A DNA stretch of 64,000 nt. Origin: Balanoglossus misakiensis (Eukaryota; Animalia; Hemichordata). The stretch is taken from assembly GCA_040954595.2 (NCBI GenBank), contig CM082585.2, positions 10,643,995 to 10,707,994 of the forward strand. Reading direction: 5' to 3'. How positions within the stretch are numbered: position 1 is the first letter of the stretch; each line of letters opens with the position of its first letter. A program made the position numbers and the translations under genes. Shown piece by piece: positions 11,845 through 23,800 of this stretch. The notes under the pieces are model-generated. The model did no database searches. It was not told the DNA's origin and was given only the letters and a program-made list of their open reading frames with translations.

Positions 11845-12177
11845 ATCGAGCTACACCTTTGATGAACAGGTACCGAGGGACTGCCCTTTTCAATCGCGGA
11901 CTGTTCAGAAAGGTCATCGCATACCTGGTGACCTTTAAGTATACTTTTGTTTTTTTTTTTCATCTCACCGCTGGCTGCGCTCTAGACGTGTATAGTTTAG
12001 AGTTTTCTAGGGAGCTATGTCACATGACCACTTTGTTGATCAGGTGACCGTAGGCGGAATTGTATCGCAGACAGTCATTGCATTGATCAGAACGGTCGGT
12101 TATCCAAGGTCGTTGTGTTGCCGGACTCAACAGACTTTGACGATTGCATAATTTCTAGTTTCTTGAGAATCGCCAGA

Positions 12178-15100
12178 ATGCCGACCAGAACCGAAAACAT
12201 GGAGACGACGCCGTTACTACACTTTAGGCTGTCACGAAGCCAGAGTATGCACGATACACAAGCAGGTCCGCGACAACTCTCGACGTTTTCGGGTGTTTTC
12301 ATCCCTTGTGTTCTGTCGATGTTCAGCGTTATTCTATTTCTTCGTTTAGGTAAGCGATCGGTTTTCTCCCCACATTATTGTTTTAACATTTTCAAGGGCA
12401 CCTCGATTTTCGGTTACTTTCTGGCACGGCGTCATGATTTCGACCGTGAACCGCTTTTATTTGTGGCGTTGACCTTACGTGAGGTCAATCACACCATGGA
12501 GCTGGAAATTGATCCAAAGCTCATTTGCATATCGGAGTCTGGAATTTCAATCATGGGTGTACTATAAGATATAGAACAAACATATTTGTACAGACCCCAC
12601 CGAGGGCATCATTTTATGTTTCAAGCATAATTTGAAGACTCTTAGAAATATTATTTGATGTGATCTTGTCTTATAAACATATCTGATCGAACACAAAAAT
12701 ACTGGACCCTGTCAATTTCCATATACATGTACATGTATTCATCCTTTTGGATAAAAACTGAATCAATAATCACCAGTTTTAGTTTAGTTGTACATGATAC
12801 ATTGTTCCTATCCTCGTGCAAGTTACGTGACAACACATGATGGTCATTGATCTATAGCCTATGTGTGGACCTGATCCACAAGACTCCCCATACGTGTGTG
12901 TGGGTGTGTCTACATGTGTGGCAACTTAGAGAGTGTTTTATGCTTTTTTTCAGGTTTTGTGGTGGGCAATGCTGGTCTGTTGGGTGCTATGGCAATGTAC
13001 ATCCTGGCGTACTTCATCGTAGGAATGACGGTGCTGTCAGTCTGTGCAATCTCAACCAATGGTGCAATCGAAGGGGGCGGAGCTTACTGTATCCTTTGAA
13101 ATAAATGCCAACTGATGTAATTCTGGGATCGATAACAATTATTCACTTTAACCAAAAGCACAAACGTTAATTAAACTAAGTTATATATGGATTAATTAAA
13201 AAAAGCCAATTATGTGTAGGTGTGGATTCAACTGTGCCTTTGTGAGAACTGTGTTAATTAATGATTAATGTTGATAGACCCTCTAAATTATATTTAGCCA
13301 ATGTGGAGAGATAAGGAATCAATTTGATTTTTATCAAAAGGTCAAACCGCAGCATGTTATTCTCAGCATGAAATGAAATTATACCCTGGACATTGCGAAT
13401 CATTGAGCTCAATGAAAGTACAAACTGGGCATGCTCAAGGATATATACTCTTAGCACACAAAGAGTATCTTTGTTGACGTTGACAAATATTAACCTATGA
13501 CCTCACGAAGAAGCGTCCTAACTGATCTCAGGTGTTTGGAATGTTGTTGTAGGTGTTTCACGCTACAGAAACTCAGGACTCCCTAGGTGGATTAACATTG
13601 ATAACAATACTGTCATTGTTATCAGTGGCAAACTGTAGGTCCGACCGACCCACCATGAATTACAATGGAACAAAGGAGTTGATTCAGCGAAAGTTGGCCG
13701 TATATGTACAAGATGGAAAATCATGTGACAGATTAGAATGATAGCTGTTCCACTTATAGATACTTACATACTCTAGGAGATGCTCTAATTCCAACCGATA
13801 CCACACCCCTCACTTTTGACAGACTATCAAATTACCGGTACAATGTTTGCAGTGTTAAGTCACACATTTCTACCTTTCTTTAACTTTTCATTAAATTTCT
13901 GAGCAAATTTAAAACTAAAAGACTTAAATTTAGAATTAGTTGCAAATGTGGATTAAAAAATGTGTCATTTAAAATGTGAATTTGGACAAGGATAGACAAA
14001 GCTGTTCAACAGTGATCACCTTTGATAATTTTCAATTCTGTTGTTGCTGTCTTTCCCATGACCTTTCACTCAGTCACCTGAAGGTCTTGGAGAGGGGTCA
14101 AAGGGCATTGGCACAGGATTGATATGCTGTAGTATTGCCCAAAATCGTGTCCTTCATGGTTAATGAAATTCGTGTAAATGGAATTATTGCATATGTTGAT
14201 CGAGCTATCATCCTTAACAGTTGTGATTATTCAGTCATGATAAGTCGTGCTTTGGGGCCGGAGTTTGGAGGCAGTATCGGCATCATGTTCTTTTTCGCAA
14301 ATATTTTCTCGTCAGCGCTGTATCTCTTAGGTCTCATTGAAGCAATCATGGATAATTTTGGGCCTGATGGTGAGTGGACATTTGCTAAAATAGAACTTTA
14401 GAAGGGGCTGGAAAATTTCAGGTCTGTTTCTGTTTCCGATTCATAGTTTTTCAGAATGGACGTTTTACTCTTGTTTATTTTCTCCAACAGGTTTTCTCCT
14501 CCCAGCAGGGTCAGCAGGGTTACCACCAGGTCGTTGGTGGGTCTTTCTCTACTCCACAATTCTGCTGTTCATTGCGTTTATCGTGTGTATGGTGGGCGCA
14601 AAAATGTTCGCGAAGACCGTTCTCTTCATCTTTCTCATCGTCATCGTTGCACTGATCTCAGTCCTCATCAGTTTCTTCGTCGTGCCAGCGAAAGGGATCA
14701 AATACCCGCACACCAATCCAGCGGCAGCAAATGAATCCGTGTATGCTAATTATTCCGGTTTAGGCAAACAGACAATCCATGAAAATATCTATGGTAGGTA
14801 TTCCCCATTCTACCACAGAATTTGCTACCATGGTGACACATTTACACATTCAGTTTCATTTGAAAGCTTATCTGAGTTTCTGATGCTAGCCATGAGCTTC
14901 ACATATTCATGGTACCATCAATAACTGTGTGTTTGAATTTTTACAGGTAACTATTCAGTTGACTACACAACAGATAAACAGATGGACTTCACCACTGTTT
15001 TCGCTGTTTTCTTCAACGGTGTCACAGGTATTATGGCCGGAGCGAATATGTCAGGTGAGCTCCTCTAACTCACTGCTTTATATGATGATGGCAAAACTTT

Positions 15101-17973
15101 GCTGAAGATAGGGGCACTATATCAGCGTTCTACTGCTGAATAATAAAGGATAGAATACATACCACCGGATGTTCAGGGTCTGTATGCTGCTGGAAAATCC
15201 CCGACTTTGAAACCACTCTTGGAAAAATGAAAAGTACACCTCATAAGTCCTGGAATGGGTTGACCCACATCAACAGATTGGTTAAACTTTTGTAGAATTT
15301 CAAATTGTGACATTTCATTTTTCTTTTCACTTTTAAGGTGACCTGAAAAAGCCAAGCCGTTCAATTCCTTTGGGAACAATTCTGGCCTGTGTCTTCACCT
15401 ATTCTACGTATAATGTGGTGTCATTGTTGGTGGCTGCCACTTGCACAAGGTTAGTAGATGGTAGGGATGTTGTGATTGGTTGAGTGTGAGGTAGCACCCA
15501 ATGGGTCAGCCATTGAAAACGGACGACAGTGGGGAGTGCACAATCATTTCTGAAAAAAATAATTTGTGGTATCTCTGATAACCATTCGGGACTGTGTCAT
15601 TTACAATGACTAATGAACTTTGCAGTGTAACTTACTTTGTATGATGTTTCATTCCTCAGGGATCTGTTGCACAATGTGTACAGTTTTATGCAAGAAATCA
15701 ACGTCTGGCAGCCATTTGTTGTCGTTGGAATAATTGCAGCTTCCTTCTCTGCTGGCCTCAGTAATTTGATTGGTGCATCTCGAGTACTTAATGCAGTAGC
15801 CAAAGACGATCTGATTGGTCAGTACTGTTGATTTCTGTACCTATAATTAACAGAAATAAACTTGAGACCACAAATACTAGCAATTCTGTAGAATGAGATC
15901 AACTTCACAACTGTGTTACACTATGGCTATGAAAAAGGAATGAATTTGACAAATAACAGAATATTCTTCTTTTGAATAGGTTTAATTCTCCGTCCTTTCA
16001 AACATGAATCAGCCAATGGGAATCCGTGGCCTGCTGTGATGATATCATGGATATTAGTTCAGGTTAGTTTCAGATTTGTCATCTCAAATTAATCCAAAAT
16101 GATGCAGTATTTATAGTTTTCGATACCAAATGTAATGGTCGTCTTGAGATTGAGGTCTTTGTGTGTTTGTATCATTGTAGGTCTGTCTCCTGGTTGGTCA
16201 ACTCAATGCCATTGCTCCTATAGTGTCTGTGTTCTTTCTTCTTTCCTACGCTTCCACCAACGTTGCGTGTTTGTTCCTGGAATGGGCATCAGCCCCAAAT
16301 TTCAGGTGAGTTGCATAAGAGAAAGATCCCACGCTCACAGAAAGTTTGTGCTCACTCATCTAGCACACCGCTGCCAACTTTTAGAAGAGTGAGCAAACCC
16401 TGCTCCGCATTTGGTATATTTGTATGCCCATGGATTCAGTGCCCTTGTGAGAAACAAATTATGGCCTTTAATTACACAATAAAACAACATTTTAGTCATG
16501 TAGCATGGCTGGTGTCTTTCATATACGTTTTGTTTCACAGCACGTGTAATCAACCAAACACTTTCACATTGAACTTGTACCATTAACACTGAATGGATTG
16601 TGTTTGTATCTTTCAGACCATCCTTCCGATACTTTACGTGGCACACATGTCTGATGGGAATAATTGGCTGTGTTGTCATGATGTTTCTCATCAATCCCTT
16701 GTACGCCTCCCTCAGCATTGTCGTTCTCGTCGTGCTCTTCTTCTACATCCATTACCGGTCGCCGGAAGTGAGCTGGGGTTCCATCAGCCAGGCTCTGATA
16801 TTCCATCAGGTACGGAAGTATCTCCTCCTGCTGGATATCCGGAAGGACCACGTCAAGTTCTGGAGACCACAGATGATCCTCATGGTGTCCAATCCTCGCT
16901 CCTCCTGCCAGCTGATCCAGTTCGTCAACGACATCAAGAAGGGTGGGCTTTATGTCCTGGGTAATGTGAAGTGCGGCAACCTGGACGACTTCCCCAGCGA
17001 TCCGCTTGCGGTCGAATACAACGCGTGGCTGAGCCTGGTGGTGGATCACCTGCAGATCAAGGCGTTTGTTGAACTGACGATTTGCGAGACGATTCGCGAG
17101 GGCATTCAACACCTTCTGCGCATCTCTGGACTGGGCGGGATGAAACCGAACACCGCCATCTTTGGTTTCTATGACAACTGCATCCCAGAAGACGTCTTCA
17201 GGAAAGGCGAGGTCTTTAAGAAGGTTAAAGTGAGGTTTGATGAGGAGGAGGACATCGCAGGAAATATCGAGAATCATTTTGCGCCGCTTCGAGAGTTGGA
17301 AGACAGGAAGTCGTTGACCGCAGTGGAGTATGTCATGCTGTTGCAGGATACAATAAAACTGCAAAAGAATCTCTGTGTGGCCAGGTACTTCCATCGGCTG
17401 GACCGAGACGCCATCTTTAAATCCAAGAAGAAGATGTACATGGACGTGTGGCCGGTGAACTTCTTCAAGCCGGAGACTGCTGGTTACCTTGACACCGCTT
17501 GCCTGTTCCTCCTGCAGCTGTCCACCATCTTGCACATGGTGCCGGCCTGGCAGAAGAAGACCATCATGAGAGTGTTCCTCTGCGCCGAGAACGATGACGA
17601 GGCCACGCGCAAGAGGGAAGAGAAGCTGAAGACGTTCCTGAACGAGTTACGAATCCACGCCGAGATCAAGACAGTCACGTGGGAACATTGCATCGCGCTC
17701 ATTCCCAAACAGGAACCAGAAGACGCTGAAGAAGACGAGATGTATCCAGTCACTCGACAGGACGGCATCACCGACAATTACCTGAACAGCATCAACAATC
17801 TCGTCAGGAATCAACAAGAGGAAACGGTCGTGACATTCTGTTACCTTCCATTGCCGCCCGCTGACAGGAAGTTACATACACGCTACCTAGAACAGTTAGA
17901 TTTGATGACCGAGAACTTCACACCGACTTTGCTGGTCCATGGTATCAACGCGGTTACCTCTACTGCTCTGTAG
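12178..17973 (+). CDS. SLC12A9: Solute carrier family 12 member 9 (cation-chloride cotransporter-interacting protein 1)
   Basis: Exon 1 12178-12349 ([25 protein letters not shown]), exon 2 12954-13088 ([13 protein letters not shown]), then [16 protein letters not shown] and [17 protein letters not shown]. The long last exon has [33 protein letters not shown] and ends VTSTAL*. Confidence 0.95.
13089..14234 (+). other. U12-type (minor spliceosome) GT-AG intron of SLC12A9
   Basis: 5' splice site GTATCCTTT at 13089, branch point TCCTTAAC at 14211-14218, acceptor CAG at 14232-14234, no polypyrimidine tract. Splicing restores the frame GGAY-F-MISR. Confidence 0.93.
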
Positions 17974-19518
17974 ACAACAATGAAGGTGTATATGCTGGCA
18001 GACAATCAAAATCAAACCAAACACAGAACCAGTGTCAAATGTCAGTTTATGGTAATTATAACCAGCATTCACAAGACACCAAAAAAATCATGATTTGCAA
18101 ATATTATAAATTCAAAATGGCCGCCAAGTTCTGTCTGTATCAACCGAATGGCTAAATTTAAATTCTATTGAAGACAGTAAACACCTTGCTTTTGTCAGTT
18201 TAGAACGATTTGGAAGACTTAATATCTCAAAATCCATTCCTAAAGAGGTGTACTCTATCATATTCTGTTTGTATGTAGTGATGTGAAATTCAATTTACCT
18301 TGTGGTAAGGTAAGCATGTTAGTGGTAGCTGGGTACTTACCTATGGTTACAGATAACCTCTTATAAGTCTGTATTACTGTATGTTCTTGTTTTCTTCATA
18401 GATTTATTGAATTTTACCTTTTTGTTTCACCTGAAATGAAAAAAAAAAAAGAATTTAGAAAACTTGCATGGTAAGGGGCATGCATTTTCACTCACTGCCT
18501 TTTCTAGACTAGATGCTTTGATAGCTGTTGATATGCATTGTTAGATTGACAAAATACACGCACGGTGGCCCTAAATTCATTTACACTTTATGTGGTGCCT
18601 CGTTTCATGAAAAAATAACAGTACTGCTTTGTATTTTTTGTATATCTAACACTTAATTCAGCACAAAATTTCCAAAATTATATTTTGATATAAAGGAATG
18701 GTACATTGGAAGCAGGATTATACAGCAATCATGTACATCAGGTGTCATCAATAAAATTAATGAAGAAACAAGGGGGAAATGCAATATGTATACAAGAAGT
18801 CATTTCCTCATTGGTTTCTTGGGCCAGCTGTAAGAAAAGTATCAATCATTTGTAGTAGTTTTTCCCCCTCATAATTTGCATTCGATGGGCTGCAGGAATC
18901 CTACAAAACAATGATTGTGACATCATAGATGTAACACCAATGAAATTATTGCTTTGTGTTTTTTGTGACTATGACTTCCCAAATGTTTATATTTTTATTT
19001 TTCAAACTTCTAAAGTTTTCTATCATATATAAAATTATCAGTGTATCACCACAGCCTCAGTATCTATAATTTATCATCAATATTTGCACATGATATTTTA
19101 TCATAGTTTTTTTCACAGATTTTCAGCAAGTGTCAATACATCTAATTTTGCAATGACAAAATTTACATTCATTATAAGTGGCACATTATTTTTGAAGTTT
19201 TGAATATATTCTTTCAGGGAACTTTTTATGAACTATTTTTCAGCAATTGCGGGATAATCTAGGTTATTGATAAATCATAAAACAAATGAAACCAATACAT
19301 GTAGTGACTTATTTCTGCTGCCGGTCATAAAATATGTAATGTTGGTCTCACCAATCAGCTTGCATGTTTGTGTCATGTGATGACCATGTGATTTCACAAA
19401 TAGACCAATTAGAAGAGCTACAATGTACAAGTGTTTGAAACAGTAGTGTATTTCATGTGCATTGACTCATATTGTAATAAAAGCAACTCCCATGACAGAA
19501 ATTGTTTGTCAACTATGT

Positions 19519-19611
19519 TTAACTCTTTCACCCCCAGTGCCCTCTTTAGAGTTCCAACCTTACCATAGAAAACAATGGATTTGGACTGAACCATGGTAGT
19601 GAAAAGGTAGG
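19519..19611 (-). mobile_element. ~90-bp MITE, copy 2
   Basis: TTAA-CTCTTTCAC...GTGAAAAGG termini. Its reverse complement matches 8647-8735 (ATGGTTxxGTCCAAATCxATTGTTTTCTATGG...CTGGGGGTGAAAG). Confidence 0.72.
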
Positions 19612-20833
19612 CTTGAGCACTTTATGAGTGACTGGATGCGTACCATGTTCTCCATCATACCAGACCATCTGCTGATGTTGCCTGTAAATATACAAGTGTT
19701 TTGGTAACTACCAGAAGTAGTAAAGCGGTCGAACTGGCCAGATAGTTTGCTGGCTGGAGTATTTGACAGTTCGGGGTCAATATGAATCCAACATTTTAGC
19801 AATTGACCATTTTCTCTGTTGTAATTCATGTCACAAGATGGTTGGAAAACTCACTTACCCTTTTCCCCACAAATCACGTCAAAGGAGAATTTGCAATGCA
19901 TAGTATTGTTGCTGAGATGCCGAACTTTTCACTACTTTTATAAGATGATGGAGGGGGCCTATAAATGAACAGCCGTCCCACAAAATAATATGTTGCTGAA
20001 AAATGGAACGACTTTTATTCTATTAAATACTGAATACAAAAACAAAACAAAACAAAACAAAAATGGTCTTGAATAGCATAAACATTATCAACATCACAAT
20101 AAAGTATAAAACATGGCAATTTCTCTGCATACCATGAATCTGAATTCTAAAATCTGCTTTAAAAAGTTCCCTACAGGAAATACTCGTACACTAAAACATC
20201 TGCAATCTGACGACATTTCTTATAACTAATACTGCTCAACATGCAACAGACTTGGTGCTCTTTGAAACGTTTACAGAGTAACAGAAATACAAGTCATTTT
20301 GGACCCAGGATGCTCATCCTTAGAAGTGAAATTTGTGAAATTTTAAGTGAACAATGTAATAGTGAATAATGCAGAACAGAATTCACAACACAAGGTAGCT
20401 GAAAATTTGAGATAAAAATAGTGATGTATATACCAGTATTATGAACTTGTTACATTTTGATTTAAGATTGCTTCAAATACATTGAAGACAGTGTGACCAC
20501 TGACTAACATATACTTCTCTGTGCAGTCCAGGGGAGGGGGTTCTACTTCCATAGAAGAGCTAACCGTTTTGTGAATTTTCAGTCCACGGCAAGAAAATTA
20601 TTACCACTTTACAATAACTTTAATTTAATGAAAATTTATAGAACAATTTCACAAGTCAGATTAATGTCCTGTGTTTTTATAATCTGGTTAAAGAAGTCCT
20701 TTTGAGTGTACAGTTGGTAGACATTCTCACTGATGCAATGGAATAAAAAGTAATTTTCCCAGTCAAGGTTATTCCAATATTTAGGTACACGGGGAAGGAG
20801 TGTGATAGTTTTTTTTTCAACTGCGTCCAGGAC

Positions 20834-23800
20834 TTAGTATCCAGTTTCCATTTCTTCCTGCAAGATGAAATAGAAAAAGAAATAATAATTGCCTGCAATT
20901 TATATGAGTTTATGAACACAGGCAATGAAACAACAGTCTAGAAAAAACCTAAGCCAAATAAAATGTCAAAAACAAATAAAAGAATTAACTGCATTTCCTG
21001 TGGGGTACACAACCCTTCAATTTATGCAAAACAATATAAATTTGTTAGCAAAACAATTGATTGATTGTTATGTAAATTAGCTGTACCATCAAAAATGAAA
21101 GCTAAAACAAAAGAATGAATTAAAACACCAAACTAAAATATAACTTGCAATATTCAGTAATGTCATGGCTAACTTTATGAACTATGAAATAATAATTGTT
21201 ATAACGACAAAATAATCCTAAATTAGAAAAAAACACACTAGAGAAGTGAACTATGCTTCTCAACGTTTAAAGAACATTAACTAAGTTGAACTGTCAAGTG
21301 ATCTAGCCTGTCTCTAAAAACCCACGCTATTGTCTTGGATATCTGGTGAAGTCTCATAAGCTGGTAGGGATTGACGCTGTGTACGACGCCTAGTGGCTTT
21401 ACGTCTTGGCTGAATTGGTGTTGGTGGTGGTGACGGGGAGGGTAGCCTAACTGGTGACTAAATTGACACATAATACTACGAAGTTAGCAGTGACACAAGT
21501 TTTTGAGAGGAAACATATTCTGGCTTGATCTCACTAATGATCTGAAGGATTAACTTGTGAACTATGCATACAAACAACATAGATGGAAAATTGCGTGTAA
21601 AATGGAACCCCAACTACAAGCTATACTGTCTTCAACTTATACTATGATTTTACCTGGCCTTCATCATCAGAACTTTCCTCTTCATCAATCTCATCGTCAT
21701 CTTCATCATCATCCTCTTCCTCATGATGCATGGCAGCTCTGCTCCTACAAGTCAGTGAAAAGCTGCATAATTACTATCATTTCATATTAGATCGAGTAAA
21801 CATGACCTTTTCCCCCAACACAGTCAACTCTTCCAAAGACTTGTGTCCCTAAAGGCATACATTCACTAACATTATGATTTCATACACATTCACTTGTACA
21901 TGTTTTGTTCCACTGTATAACTGGCCACTGGAATACACATAGACAAGAAAAGCAAAATATTAAGACACTATATGAGCAGTGCTTTGTGAGCCATAATACT
22001 ATATGCTGAATTTCACGCAGTGTAACTTATCTCTGGTGTACCTAGTGACCCTAGTTGATGACCTCCGTGAGTAGCTAACATTGGCTTTGACTCGCTTGTT
22101 GCGTTGGCTGCTTAGCCAGGAGAGCTGGGAGGATTGTGATTTGCTACTGCCACCATTGAATCTAAGGAGGGTGAGAAGAGAAGAGGGAGACATGCATACA
22201 GCAGGGAGTTATGGCAAGCACCAATCACCTTGGAAGGATATTTTGGGAAAAATGAAGAAAGGCAGAGAAGCAAACCACAGCATGCGGAAATACACAGGAC
22301 ACAGAAAATTTTGATAGTGGCATATTACAGTGAAGCATGAAATTGATGTGCTTATTTCAGTGTGGTGTAGTTAAAAATGACTTATGTGAGATCATTTACC
22401 AATACCAGTGATCCCCATAAATAGCAGGAGTTGTGTTAGCAAATGTAACCTTATGTTTCTGCTTTTACTATTACATGTTGGTGCAGGGATACACATGATT
22501 AGAATGAGGTACAAATGGAACACAATGTTGGAGAGAGAGACATACACAAGCAAGCAATGTTAGACACAGCAAAACAAAGCACACAGTAGTACATGGAATT
22601 CCTTTACAGCAAAGCCCAGCATTTCTTTAACACTACTCTTCTGCACTGGAATTCAGTGGTGAGGCTGGTGATGTTTGATTTAGGAGGTTGACAGCAATGG
22701 CCGAAGTTCTCAATATGGGATGTTTCCTCCTTGAAATCAGACACGACTTACTCAAAATCTTTTTCGGAACCTTGCGATGACTCGTCGCCCCTCTCCGAGC
22801 TGCCCTCTTCCTCGACTCTCCGCCGCTTGCTGATTGGTCCGCCGGACATGGCCTCTAAGATCTGCTGCGCTCCTTGCTGCGGCTCCATTGACTGCCTGCC
22901 ATGCGGGTGTTGGTGCTGCTGCAGTTGTTGCTGTTGCTGCAGGTAGTGTTGCTGTTGTGCGTGCTGTGGGTGTTGAGGACGCTGGTAGTGTTGCTGCTGA
23001 GGAGTGAGTGGCTGTGTTGGTATCTGCGGCGTGTGGTGTTGTTGGTATTGCTGTTGTTGATGATGTTGTTGCTGCTGCAATTGTTGCTGTTGTTGGATCA
23101 TCTGTTCTTTGGAAACCCACTGACTGTCTGTACTGCTCTCATCTGAAATAAAAAATACAAAGCTTAGTTGTGGTTTCTGTCATAAATTTAAGATGGCGAT
23201 TACAGTAAAATCTGTTTAAACCTGACACCAAAGGACTGAATATAGAGGTTCTCTTGACTAGGAAAAGCTTCGGTACTGACAGGTCAATGTCTGCAAAACT
23301 TGAAAATGAACTTGTCCAAAAAAAAAATTCAAACTCTAAGCCCTCTGTCAACAAATTACCTTCAGCTTGCATCATCATCTTTCTCTTGACACCACCATGC
23401 TTTCCTTTCTGTCCATGACCCTTCCCAACTTTTCCTCCCTTTCCGGCAGAACGTCCTGGTCCATGGCCATCAGTGTCAGTCTGGAGTAGGCAGTTCCGGT
23501 ATATCTTAATAGGTTGCCACTTTTCACCGTCTTGTTCTAGCATCCCTTCTTTCAAGTTTTTGTCCAAATATGACAATCTGGGGGAAAATAAACTTCAGTG
23601 AGAATCTTGCACAAAAATGTCTTGAAGTTTTGTTTTTTATTCTCTACTGTGAAAGACCATATGTCAGAGTATGTTTACAGAAGACACATTTTCATCGGTT
23701 TAGAAGGCACTTACACTGTCTTTTTGTCCTGCCTCATAAGTTTGCTGCTGAATTCACTGAGTACTTCCAGGTAGCCAATATTCGGAGGTGGGCCGGTAGG

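Noticed and set aside
16564-17535. 323-aa antisense ORF over the last SLC12A9 exon
   Set aside because: Expected shadow of a GC3-rich coding exon, with no recognisable domain.
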